Made by a program: the position numbers and the translations under genes. The notes beneath the pieces were generated by a model. The model did not search any database and was not told where the DNA came from. It saw nothing but the letters and a program-made list of their open reading frames with translations. 24,954 bases of DNA from Candidatus Calescibacterium sp. (GTDB taxonomy: Bacteria; Calescibacteriota; Calescibacteriia; Calescibacteriales; Calescibacteriaceae). Positions 16,682 through 24,954 of the stretch are shown here, one piece after another (the stretch's first letter is position 1; each line of letters begins with the position of its first letter). The stretch spans positions 1 through 24,954 of the forward strand of contig JAVVGL010000024.1 of NCBI GenBank assembly GCA_032249135.1, given 5' to 3'.

Positions 16682-18180
16682 AGCTCTTTTCCTACCTCAG
16701 GTTCAAATTTTTCAAATTCATCACCTAAAATTTTTTCTACATCAATTTCCTCTTTTTGCTTCCTCAACTCTAATTTTAAAGTTATGCTCTCCCCTACTGA
16801 TTCTCTTATAAATTCCTCTATATCTTCTTTCATTTCTGCAAGATTTCTTATTATTCTTTGGTCATCAAGGAATATGGTAAGGTAGTTATCAGATAATTCG
16901 TATGAAGCTTGCTGCAATTTGTCCGCTAAAAGATCCCGAGCTCTTTGCCGCAGAAAATCCACTATTTGAGAAAATATCTCTTCTTTTGATTTTTTCTTCG
17001 TTTCCTTTATTTCCACTCCTCCTCTTCTTATTTCTTCTATGATCTCTTTGAAAGATTTTATTCTGTGTATGTATGAAAGTTTGAATACAAACATTCTGAA
17101 AGCTATTTCTTCGGAAACTGATGCACGAAGATCATCCTCAAACCTAATTATTCCGTTGTAAATCCTCATAAGATGCTCAAGTTGAGGTTGGACCCTCTCC
17201 AAAAGCAAGCTTATTTCATCCCATCTTGCTTTTCCTACGATATCCTTGTTCTTATCTTCTTTTTCTTTCTTTGATCCGCTAATGATCAGAATCAGATCTT
17301 TTGTTATATCTGCGAGATCTCTTGCAATCCTCTTTGTGTTATATCCCTTTTCTAAAACAGAATCTGCTATCTCTAAGGCTTTTTTATGGTCTCCTTCAAT
17401 TATGCTTTCAAGAAGCTTTATAACAACACTTTGAGGAGCTATACCTATAATTTCCTCTACATCTTGTCTTGTTATTTTTTTATCACCGTTATACATCCAT
17501 ATTCCTTCTAATATAGAGATTGAGTCTCTGAGCGAGCCTTGTCCTTCTTCCGCTATAAGCTCTAATGCTTCTTTTTCATATTCTATACCTTCATTTTGAC
17601 ATATTATTTCTAACCGCTGCACTATTTTTTCTTTTGGAATCTTCCTGAAATCAATTCTTATAGCTCTTGACGCTACTGTTTCTGGTATCTTGTGAGGTTC
17701 AGTCGTTGCTAAAATAAAAATATCAAAATCAGGAGGTTCTTCAAAAATTTTCAGTAAAGCGTTGAAAGCAGATAGAGAGAGCATGTGAGCTTCGTCTATT
17801 ATGAAAACTTTAAACCTCCCTCTTGACGGTGGAAAAATTGCTTTCTCTTTTATACTTCTTATGTCTTCAACAGATGTCTGACTCCCAGCATCCATTTCTA
17901 TGAGGTCAATAAAGTTACCCTGTGTAATCTCTTTGCAGTTTTGACACACACCGCACGGATTTGGACTCGGTCCCTTTTCACAGTTTAAAGCTTTTGCAAA
18001 GATTCTTGCAGCTGTTGTTTTCCCTGTTCCTCTTACGCCAGCAAATATATAAGCGTGATGAATCCTTTTTGTTAAAATTGAATTCTGCAATATCTTTACT
18101 GCTACATCTTGCCCGAAAATCTCGTCAAAGCTTTGAGGTCTGTATTTTCTTGCAAGAGATGTATATTTTTTTTCTGTCAA
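16675..18180 (-). CDS. dnaX: DNA polymerase III subunit gamma/tau; start reassigned to TTG 18180
   Basis: LARKYRPQSF, GVRGTGKT, C-x8-C-xx-C Zn site, IIDEAHML, LATTE, GSLRD. The ORF-track start at 18216 lies inside tRNA-Ser. Confidence 0.95.
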   Translation of the reverse strand: MTEKKYTSLARKYRPQSFDEIFGQDVAVKILQNSILTKRIHHAYIFAGVRGTGKTTAARIFAKALNCEKGPSPNPCGVCQNCKEITQGNFIDLIEMDAGSQTSVEDIRSIKEKAIFPPSRGRFKVFIIDEAHMLSLSAFNALLKIFEEPPDFDIFILATTEPHKIPETVASRAIRIDFRKIPKEKIVQRLEIICQNEGIEYEKEALELIAEEGQGSLRDSISILEGIWMYNGDKKITRQDVEEIIGIAPQSVVIKLLESIIEGDHKKALEIADSVLEKGYNTKRIARDLADITKDLILIISGSKKEKEDKNKDIVGKARWDEISLLLERVQPQLEHLMRIYNGIIRFEDDLRASVSEEIAFRMFVFKLSYIHRIKSFKEIIEEIRRGGVEIKETKKKSKEEIFSQIVDFLRQRARDLLADKLQQASYELSDNYLTIFLDDQRIIRNLAEMKEDIEEFIRESVGESITLKLELRKQKEEIDVEKILGDEFEKFEPEVGKELW

Positions 18181-18188
18181 ATTTTCTT

Positions 18189-18278
18189 TGGCGGAGAGGG
18201 TGGGATTTGAACCCACGCGGGGGAAAAACCCCCAACGGATTTCGAGTCCGCCCCGTTCGTCCGCTCCGGCACCTCTCC
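18189..18278 (-). tRNA. tRNA-Ser (anticodon CGA), CCA encoded
   Basis: Reverse complement GGAGAGG...CCTCTCC-G-CCA; anticodon arm GCGGA-CTCGAAA-TCCGT; long variable arm GGGGG-TTTTT-CCCCC; GTGGG-TTCAAAT-CCCAC. Confidence 0.97.
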
Positions 18279-18430
18279 GCCTAAAACTAAATGTTTAATA
18301 ATTTCACAGAAACTTTTCAAATTTCTGATTCATAACTTTCTGATTTATAATTCATCGTGTAGATCTGCTCTAAAAAATTAAAAACAAAAACAACAAAAAC
18401 CAAAAATTTCTTATTAAAATTTTTCTTGCT

Positions 18431-19210
18431 ATGGTGAAAAAAGTATATGGAGTATTTTATTTGATTTCAGCAGTTTCATCTGCTATTGGTTTTTCTCTTT
18501 TGATGTTTTTTTTGAACTCTTGTGCACACGAGTTAAGAGGTGCAGCATCCGGGACTTTACCTCAAATTGCTTCCTCATTGCCAAGTTGGATACTTATACC
18601 TACTACTCCTGAGGAAACGAGGAGAAAATTTGTTTTTGCCATAGGCTTGCAGAATTTCAAACCTTTTCTCGGAGCTGGATACTTGATGAAAGATTCTGTT
18701 GTAGCTCTTGGAGTAAGTGGAATAAGTTTCGTAGGATTGGAAGTTGAATATGATTCAATAAGTGGAGATATCTCATATATGAATACACCTTTGAAATCTA
18801 AAAACACATTTTTAGGGTTTGGAGGGGGATTTGGAGGAATATTTTCGCGGGATCATAACTACTCAGAAGAAGGAAAAACGCATAGATTTGCTGGAATAAA
18901 CCCTTATCTTATGACACATCTTTATACTCAAGCTGAAGGGTCAGCTGTTGGATTTTACTTTAATTTGAGAATAGGGTATTACCACTATGCTTCAACTTTT
19001 CTAAAAAAATTGGCGGAGGAAAAGGGAGTTCCTGCAAAAGACACTTTTAATGGTCTTTTCTTTACCCCGGCTATTGGTATGATTGCAAGGATAATTGGAG
19101 GTAGAGCCGGTTTGGCATTTGAAATAAATATACCTTTGACAGCGGCTCTCATTTATGAACCAATTATACACCCTTATGTTCCTTCTTTCAATTTTGCTTT
19201 CGTTTTCTGA
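18431..19210 (+). CDS. Hypothetical exported protein, possibly a lipoprotein and/or outer-membrane beta-barrel
   Basis: Hydrophobic N-terminus ending LNS-C, Gly/aromatic-rich alternating strands, C-terminal FNFAFVF. Confidence 0.55.
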   Translation: MVKKVYGVFYLISAVSSAIGFSLLMFFLNSCAHELRGAASGTLPQIASSLPSWILIPTTPEETRRKFVFAIGLQNFKPFLGAGYLMKDSVVALGVSGISFVGLEVEYDSISGDISYMNTPLKSKNTFLGFGGGFGGIFSRDHNYSEEGKTHRFAGINPYLMTHLYTQAEGSAVGFYFNLRIGYYHYASTFLKKLAEEKGVPAKDTFNGLFFTPAIGMIARIIGGRAGLAFEINIPLTAALIYEPIIHPYVPSFNFAFVF

Positions 19211-19224
19211 AAGAAAAGATAATT

Positions 19225-20223
19225 ATGGTTTCTGACAGTGTTGTTATCAGGATAGAGAGATTGAGGAAATATTTTCCGGTAAGAAGAAATATAAAGGAGT
19301 TGTTAAGACCTTCTTTTATAAGAGCTGTTGATGGGGTTTCCTTAGAGATAAGAAGAGGAGAATTTTTTGGGCTCGTTGGAGAGTCTGGATGTGGAAAAAG
19401 CACTTTGGGAAGACTCATAGCAAAAATTATTCAGCCAACATCAGGAAAAATAATATTCAACGGTGAAGACATAACTTTCAAAAAACTTAAAGGAGAAAAA
19501 AGGAGAAAAATTCAGATGATATTTCAAAATCCTTTTTCTTCTTTAAATCCCAAAATGAAGGTAAAAGATCTCATACTTGAAGGAATAATCATTCACAAAA
19601 TTTACCCGAAAAGCAAGTTGAAAGAAAAATTAGAGGAACTTTTGCAATCCGTTGGATTAGGTATGGAATTTGCTGAAAGGTTTCCAGATGAGCTTTCAGG
19701 AGGGCAAAGACAAAGGGTTGCAATTGCAAGGGCAATAGCGGTAGAACCTGAAGTTCTTGTTGCAGATGAACCAACATCTTCTCTTGATGTATCTGTAAGA
19801 GCTCAAATTTTAGAACTCTTTGAAGATATACGAAGAAAAATGAACCTCTCAATTTTTTTCATAAGTCATGACCTCCATACAATAAGAGCTTACGCCGATA
19901 GAGTCGCTGTTATGTATCTTGGAGAAATAGTGGAAATTGGTCAGAAAGATCAAATTTTTTCCCGACCTTTACATCCATATACATATATTCTCTTGAAATC
20001 TGTTATAGATATTCAAAAAGTTATAAACGAGGGAAGATATGAAATAGGGATGGAGAACATAGGAGAACCCCCCTCGCCACTTGAAGAGATAAAAGGATGT
20101 AAGTTTGCTTCAAGATGTCCTTTCAAAGACAAAATATGCGAAGAAAAAAAACCTGAAATTAATGAAATAGATGGAAGACAAGTCTCTTGCCACTTTGCAG
20201 GAAAGTTGAAATTATTATTGTAG
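19225..20223 (+). CDS. Oligopeptide/dipeptide ABC transporter ATP-binding protein (OppF/DppF-type)
   Basis: GESGCGKS, QMIFQNP, LSGGQRQR, ADEPTSSLD, HPYT, C.FASRCP...C...CH tail. Confidence 0.92.
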   Translation: MVSDSVVIRIERLRKYFPVRRNIKELLRPSFIRAVDGVSLEIRRGEFFGLVGESGCGKSTLGRLIAKIIQPTSGKIIFNGEDITFKKLKGEKRRKIQMIFQNPFSSLNPKMKVKDLILEGIIIHKIYPKSKLKEKLEELLQSVGLGMEFAERFPDELSGGQRQRVAIARAIAVEPEVLVADEPTSSLDVSVRAQILELFEDIRRKMNLSIFFISHDLHTIRAYADRVAVMYLGEIVEIGQKDQIFSRPLHPYTYILLKSVIDIQKVINEGRYEIGMENIGEPPSPLEEIKGCKFASRCPFKDKICEEKKPEINEIDGRQVSCHFAGKLKLLL

Positions 20224-20251
20224 GAGATGTAACAAAATGTAGACACAATAA

Positions 20252-20275
20252 AAATTTCATATTAAATTTCATATT
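20252..20275. repeat. Perfect 12-bp tandem duplication just upstream of an ABC ATPase start
   Basis: AAATTTCATATT x2. Confidence 0.85.
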
Positions 20276-20276
20276 A

Positions 20277-21062
20277 ATGATGTCTCAGGAATGGACAACG
20301 ATAATAAAAATAGTTAATTTAACGAAAATTTTTGGGAAAGTTGTCGCAATAGAGAACATAACATTTGATATAGAGCGTGGGAAAATAACCGCTGTTCTTG
20401 GACCATCTGGCTCTGGAAAAAGTGTGCTCGTCAAACATATATTAGGGCTTTTAAAACCTACATCTGGTAAAATATTTTACAAAGGAATTGACATTTTTTC
20501 TCTCCCAGAAGAAAAGTTATACGATATAAGGCGTGATTTCAGTATGCTTTTGCAAGAAGGAGCTCTATTTGATGGAATGACCGTTGAAGAAAATATAGCT
20601 TTCCCTCTTAAAGTAAGAAAAATTCCAAAAGATGAAATAAAAAGAAAAGTTGATTTTTATCTTGAAAGCGTTGGACTTGGAGGATTTGGAAAAAGGTATC
20701 CTTCTCAACTCTCCGGAGGTCAAAGAAGGAGAGTAGCTCTTGCGAGAGCTCTTGTGACAGAACCAGAAGTGATAATATTAGATGAACCTACAACGGGACT
20801 TGATCCTATAACAACAGAAAGCATAGAAGAGCTTATTTTATCTATCAAAGAAAAGCATAAGGAAAAAACTTTTATTCTCATAACACATGACCCATTTTCT
20901 GCTTTCAAACTATCTGATAATATAGCCGTTTTATTTTTTGGGAAATTGATCTTCTACGGAAAGAAAGATGAGGTCATATCTATGATGGACTCAAACAAGA
21001 CTATATTCCAGATCTTTAAGAGAGCAAATTTAGATATTGCCAGAGCTCATCAATTCAATTGA
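20277..21062 (+). CDS. ABC transporter ATP-binding protein, MlaF/Mkl-like; start reassigned to ATG 20277
   Basis: GPSGSGKSV..KHILGL, Q.GALFDGMTVEENIAFPL, LSGGQRRRVALARAL, DEPTTGLDPIT. Confidence 0.85.
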   Translation: MMSQEWTTIIKIVNLTKIFGKVVAIENITFDIERGKITAVLGPSGSGKSVLVKHILGLLKPTSGKIFYKGIDIFSLPEEKLYDIRRDFSMLLQEGALFDGMTVEENIAFPLKVRKIPKDEIKRKVDFYLESVGLGGFGKRYPSQLSGGQRRRVALARALVTEPEVIILDEPTTGLDPITTESIEELILSIKEKHKEKTFILITHDPFSAFKLSDNIAVLFFGKLIFYGKKDEVISMMDSNKTIFQIFKRANLDIARAHQFN

Positions 21063-21087
21063 ATTGATTAAATCCGTTTTTTTGATT

Positions 21088-21116
21088 TTGAAAATCTTGG
21101 TTTTTGTTGTTAATTT
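21088..21116 (+). promoter_or_regulatory. Putative sigma70 promoter of gpsA with extended -10
   Basis: TTGAAA (21088-21093), 17-nt spacer ending TGT, TAATTT (21111-21116); ATG follows 9 nt later. Confidence 0.5.
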
Positions 21117-21125
21117 TTCACTGAT

Positions 21126-22124
21126 ATGCCCGTTGGAATTTTAGGAGCTGGTAGTTGGGGGTGGACACTTGCACACATACTCGCAAGAAATAATAACTCT
21201 AATAAAATTATTATATGGACAAGAGATGAAGAAGTTGCAAAAAGTATAAATGAACAAGGAGTAAATCCTAAAAGGTTCCGAGATTTCCCAATATATAACG
21301 GCAGAGTTTATGCTACAACAAATTTAGAGGAAGTTTTCTCAAACTGCGAAGTCGTATTCGTAGCTGTATCTACATCTGCTGTGAGGGAAGTTATAAGGTC
21401 TGCATCAAGATTTATAGAAGGTGACCATATAATAGTGAGCACATCAAAAGGTTTTGAAAAAGGTACAGGAAAACGCATGAGTGAAATAATAAAAGAGGAA
21501 AGTTGTTGCAAAAAAATAGGAGTACTTTCAGGTCCCAATCTTGCAAGAGAGATTTTGGAGGGATCCCCGTCAGCGGCAGTTGTTGCCTCAAACATAAAAG
21601 AGGTTCAAGAAAAAGTATATTCTATTATGCATTCTCCACTTTTCAGAATATACACATCTTATGATGTTATTGGGGTTGAATTGGGCGGAGCGCTCAAAAA
21701 TATATATGCAATAGCTGCCGGTATAGCCGATGAACTTGGGTTTAAAGTAAATTCGCTCGCATTTTTGCTTTCCCGTGCCGCAAGCGAGATGATGCGACTT
21801 GGCACAAGACTTGGAGCAAAAAGAGAAACTTTCTTTGGTCTCTCCGGAATTGGAGATCTATTCGCTACCGCTTCATCTGACCTTTCAAGGAACAGAAGAT
21901 TTGGAAAACTTCTTGTAAGAGGGAAAAAACCAGATGAAGCATTGAAAGAAATAGGAGAAGCTGTTGAAGGATACTGGACAACTCATGTTGCTTTCAACAT
22001 GGCAGTGGAACTTGGGGTAAATCTCAACATAGTTTCCGCACTATACAAGGTCATATTTTTAGGATATGATATCCCAACTGCAATCAAAGAACTTCTCCAA
22101 GCAGAAGTAAAAGAAGAGTTCTGA
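21126..22124 (+). CDS. gpsA: NAD(P)H-dependent glycerol-3-phosphate dehydrogenase
   Basis: GAGSWG, SKGFE, LSGPNLARE, GVELGGALKN, GLSGIGDL, SRNRRFG, VEG. Confidence 0.96.
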   Translation: MPVGILGAGSWGWTLAHILARNNNSNKIIIWTRDEEVAKSINEQGVNPKRFRDFPIYNGRVYATTNLEEVFSNCEVVFVAVSTSAVREVIRSASRFIEGDHIIVSTSKGFEKGTGKRMSEIIKEESCCKKIGVLSGPNLAREILEGSPSAAVVASNIKEVQEKVYSIMHSPLFRIYTSYDVIGVELGGALKNIYAIAAGIADELGFKVNSLAFLLSRAASEMMRLGTRLGAKRETFFGLSGIGDLFATASSDLSRNRRFGKLLVRGKKPDEALKEIGEAVEGYWTTHVAFNMAVELGVNLNIVSALYKVIFLGYDIPTAIKELLQAEVKEEF

Positions 22125-22155
22125 ACCGAGCAATTAAATTATTTGAACTGACCAA

Positions 22156-23079
22156 TTATACTACTCCGCTTCCTATAAGATCTTGGAGCTTTTTTCCTTG
22201 TTTTTTTAGCTCATTTTCAAGTTCTTCTGCGAGCTTTTGAGATTTTTGGGGATCAAGGAAATTTGCTGTTCCTATTTGAACTGCTGTTGCACCTGCCATT
22301 ATGTAATCTAAAATATCTTCTAATGAATATGCACCACCTGACGCTAATATTTTTATCCCCGGAAACCTTTCGTATATTTCAATTATACATCTTAAAGCTA
22401 TCGGTTTTAGTGGGTATCCTGAAAGTCCTCCTTTGAAAAATCCTCCTTTTGAATCTCTAACTGCTGCTGGAATTGTATTTGTTAGAGTAAAAGCGTCAGC
22501 GCCTTCATCTTTTGCTATACTGATAAGTCCGGGTAAAATTTCAGAAAACGGAGAGAACTTCACAATAAGTGGTCTTTTTGTTGATTTTCTTGCCAACTTC
22601 ACTATTTTCTCAACTGATTTTGGATTAACTCCAAATTCTATTCCCCCCTTTTTTGTGTTAGGACAAGATAAATTGAGTTCGTATGCATCGGGTGGATTTT
22701 CAGCTTCAAATATCTCAATTACTTTTTTGTATTCTTCCTCTTTCTCTCCGAAAACATTCACTATTATTTTTGTTGGGAGTTTTTTGAGTTTTGGCATTAT
22801 TGATTTTGTGAATTCGTAAGCACCGGGATTTTGTAGTCCGATTGAATTTAAAAGTCCGACTGCAACTCCCTTTATTGTAAATTCCGCTATTCTTGGCGTT
22901 GCATTCCCTTCACGCGGATTCGAAGATACCCCTTTGGTTATTACCGCACCTATTTTTTTGTAATCTATTATGTTTTCAAGTTCATATCCATATCCCGCTG
23001 TTCCTGAAGCGAGAAAAATCGGAGATGAAAATACTATATCTCCTATTGAAAAGGAAATTATATTTTCAATATTAGTCAT
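22156..23079 (-). CDS. pyrD: Dihydroorotate dehydrogenase, family 1 catalytic subunit
   Basis: ASGTAGYG, PREGN.TPRI, LNSIGLQNPG, ELNLSCPN, TNT, GGLSG, AGATAVQIGTA. Confidence 0.95.
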   Translation of the reverse strand: MTNIENIISFSIGDIVFSSPIFLASGTAGYGYELENIIDYKKIGAVITKGVSSNPREGNATPRIAEFTIKGVAVGLLNSIGLQNPGAYEFTKSIMPKLKKLPTKIIVNVFGEKEEEYKKVIEIFEAENPPDAYELNLSCPNTKKGGIEFGVNPKSVEKIVKLARKSTKRPLIVKFSPFSEILPGLISIAKDEGADAFTLTNTIPAAVRDSKGGFFKGGLSGYPLKPIALRCIIEIYERFPGIKILASGGAYSLEDILDYIMAGATAVQIGTANFLDPQKSQKLAEELENELKKQGKKLQDLIGSGVV

Positions 23080-23085
23080 TATTTT

Positions 23086-23853
23086 TCAGTATGCTCCTCT
23101 CCATCTTCTTGATTCAAGTGAGGTTATTGTTAAAAATAGCATTCCTGCTGTAAATGATATGTAATAGATTAAGTCTCGGGTATCTATCATGCCATTTAAG
23201 AAATTCTGAAAGTGATCCATAAAAGATAAATATGCAATAATCTCTTTTAATGAACCTTCTAATGTTCCTCTTACCCATCCCAATACCCAGAAAAGAAGCA
23301 GTATTCCGAATGAGACTATAACAGATATAACTTGGTTCTCTGTAATTGATGATGCAAAAATCCCTGCTGAAATAAATGCTGTTGTCATAAGTAGAAGTCC
23401 AATATAAGCTGTTAGAATAACTCCTTTATCTGGCTCACCAAATTTAAGAAGTGGGATCATAAAAAGTGCAGATACTGCAAGGATGAAAACTATAAAAGAT
23501 GACATTCCTAAAAATTTTCCAAGGACTATTTCCCATGTTCTCAGTGGTGAGGTGTAAATGAGCTCAAAAGTTCCTAATTTCTTCTCTTCTGCGAATGTTC
23601 TCATCGTTATCATAGGGACCAAAAATAAAAGCAAGACGCTCATATTTGCAAAAAGAGGTTTTATTACAAGGTCCTGAATATTTATTCTCTCTGCAATAAA
23701 AGGTATTCTTAATGCTTGAACACTCAAAATTGTGTATAGAGCTATCACGCTCAAAAAAAAGTATGCAAAAATTATTACAAAAATCCCTGTAATTACATAT
23801 GCTATTGGAGATAGAAAAAGAGATCTAATTTCTCTTCCCGCTATTGTAAACAT
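23086..23853 (-). CDS. ABC-2 type transporter permease (GldF-like)
   Basis: REIRSLFLSPIAY, PMITMRTFAEEKKLGTFEL..TSP, IVLGKF, SSITENQ, about six TM segments. Confidence 0.9.
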   Translation of the reverse strand: MFTIAGREIRSLFLSPIAYVITGIFVIIFAYFFLSVIALYTILSVQALRIPFIAERINIQDLVIKPLFANMSVLLLFLVPMITMRTFAEEKKLGTFELIYTSPLRTWEIVLGKFLGMSSFIVFILAVSALFMIPLLKFGEPDKGVILTAYIGLLLMTTAFISAGIFASSITENQVISVIVSFGILLLFWVLGWVRGTLEGSLKEIIAYLSFMDHFQNFLNGMIDTRDLIYYISFTAGMLFLTITSLESRRWRGAY

Positions 23854-23923
23854 AATCAAAAAGATAAAATGCGTGAAAAAATTGTTAAAAATCTCAAAAC
23901 TTTTGTTAAAAAAATCTATCTTA

Positions 23924-24685
23924 TCACTTCAAGCTCAAAATTTTTTCTGGATAAACTACTATGCCACTATTTGTTATTTCAAAAGGATGGCGCTTCAATG
24001 AATGATTAGTTCCTCTAAATTTCAAAACTAAAATAGACCTTACAAGTTCTCCTTTGACCTCTTCAAGATCAAACCTTATTATTCCATCTGCAAGATGCTC
24101 AATTTCCTGACTCCACCCTACTCTATCTCCTCCTCCAATATGAGCTATTGCAAAAGTGGTTGCCCCAAGCCCCTGAACTAATCTTTTTATATGCAAAGTT
24201 ATATTTCTCGGAGAAGCAACCTTATTATTCAAATATATAGGATTTATAGAATCTATGACAACTCTTCTCCCACCGACCTCTCTTATTGCAGAAGCTAAAA
24301 CCTCTAAAAATTCGTTAAGGTCAGATATATCTTGAACGGCATATTTTTCTTTTTCCTTAACCTTTCCGATAGCAGATGTAAAAGCATCAACAACTGCAAA
24401 CTTTTTCTTTTCCTCAAATTCCGAGACTTTCCAACCGAAAGCTTCCATATCTTTTCTGAGTTGAGCTGGACTTTCATCTACCGAAACATAAACTGCTCCT
24501 TCACCGGATTTCAAACCTTCCCACAGGAACTGCTGAGCAAAAATGCTTTTACCTGTTCCGGTTCCCCCCACAAGAACAACAAAACTTCTTTCAGGTATTC
24601 CTCCTCCCAAAATACTATCAAGCCCCGGTATTCCTGATATTATTTTGTTCTGAAAAAATGAACTTTCTTTTGAAGCCACTTCCAT
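23924..24685 (-). CDS. Single-domain KaiC-like RecA-superfamily ATPase (Thermococcales PH0284-like)
   Basis: SGIPGLD.ILGGGIP, GGTGTGKS, RVVIDS, EHLADGIIR, K.RGTNHS..RHPFEIT..GIVVYP. Confidence 0.88.
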   Translation of the reverse strand: MEVASKESSFFQNKIISGIPGLDSILGGGIPERSFVVLVGGTGTGKSIFAQQFLWEGLKSGEGAVYVSVDESPAQLRKDMEAFGWKVSEFEEKKKFAVVDAFTSAIGKVKEKEKYAVQDISDLNEFLEVLASAIREVGGRRVVIDSINPIYLNNKVASPRNITLHIKRLVQGLGATTFAIAHIGGGDRVGWSQEIEHLADGIIRFDLEEVKGELVRSILVLKFRGTNHSLKRHPFEITNSGIVVYPEKILSLK

Positions 24686-24736
24686 AACACTATTTTAATC
24701 TGCAAATTAGCCGAACCTATAACAAAGTTTTCAGGA

Positions 24737-24774
24737 AAATTTGATTTCCCCTTTCAAATTTGATTTCCCCTTTC
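24737..24774. repeat. Perfect 19-bp tandem duplication in a divergent intergenic region
   Basis: AAATTTGATTTCCCCTTTC x2 (24737-24755, 24756-24774). Confidence 0.95.
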
Positions 24775-24852
24775 TCTCATTTCATAAACAAAATTTATTA
24801 TTCCTGCTTATATTAAAAATTATAGGAGAAAAGAATTCTGTTGTCGCTAAAT

Positions 24853-24954
24853 ATGGATGAGTTTGAGGAAAAAATAAAGAAAAAACTTGAAGAGATAAGA
24901 GTGGATATTTTGTCTAAAATAAAAATTCCGCCACATATTCCTAAAGAAGGAATA
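24853..24954 (+). CDS. 3'-partial hypothetical ORF
   Basis: MDEFEEKIKKKLEEIRVDILSKIKIPPHIPKEGI, open to the window edge. Confidence 0.45.
   Translation, partial: MDEFEEKIKKKLEEIRVDILSKIKIPPHIPKEGI

Noticed and set aside
16675-18180. Programmed frameshift or slippage site producing DnaX gamma
   Set aside because: I saw no A-AAA-AAG heptamer or A9 run after domain III; only A6 near 16990.
18181-18216. ORF-track N-terminus of dnaX (MGSNPTLSAKEN) and the + strand ORF 17961-18284
   Set aside because: Both are translations of the tRNA-Ser sequence or antisense to dnaX.
20187-20276. Extended N-terminus of the MlaF-like ORF
   Set aside because: It overlaps the upstream gene end and the 12-bp duplication; ATG 20277 fits the family length.
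1-24954. CRISPR array, integrase/att sites at the tRNAs, SRP RNA next to dnaX, riboswitches
   Set aside because: By eye I found no spaced repeats, no duplicated tRNA 3' ends, no integrase, no room for ffs, and no GC-rich structured intergenic segments besides the two tRNAs.

Overview
AT-rich bacterial window, probably from a thermophilic diderm. Support for that is inferential: very GC-rich tRNA stems, a TtuA-type tRNA thiolase, an archaeal-type KaiC-like ATPase and LapA. Positions 1-1192 are the end of a GDP-heptose locus (hddC-like, gmhB). Positions ~1275-6045 are an accessory toxin-antitoxin/defence-like island. It holds two DUF2283 genes, two internally deleted pseudogenes (DUF4258, nucleotidyltransferase), a decayed IS5-family element with intact ends and a 9-bp target duplication, a single-chain MNT-HEPN fusion and an AAA_14/DUF4143 ATPase. 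Positions 6124-24954 are shuffled core-type genes: a lone cbiA/cobB, a TtuA-rhodanese fusion, wbaP, a UDP-HexNAc dehydrogenase, HDOD-murD, tRNA-Pro-lapA-pyrF, tRNA-Ser-dnaX-cdaA, a putative outer-membrane lipoprotein, two orphan ABC ATPases, gpsA, and kaiC-like/ABC permease/pyrD. The main leads are the TtuA-rhodanese fusion, the MNT-HEPN fusion, and a recurring near-leaderless start architecture that includes CDSs starting 8-9 nt after a tRNA 3' end. All family calls come from motif recognition by eye; no searches were run.
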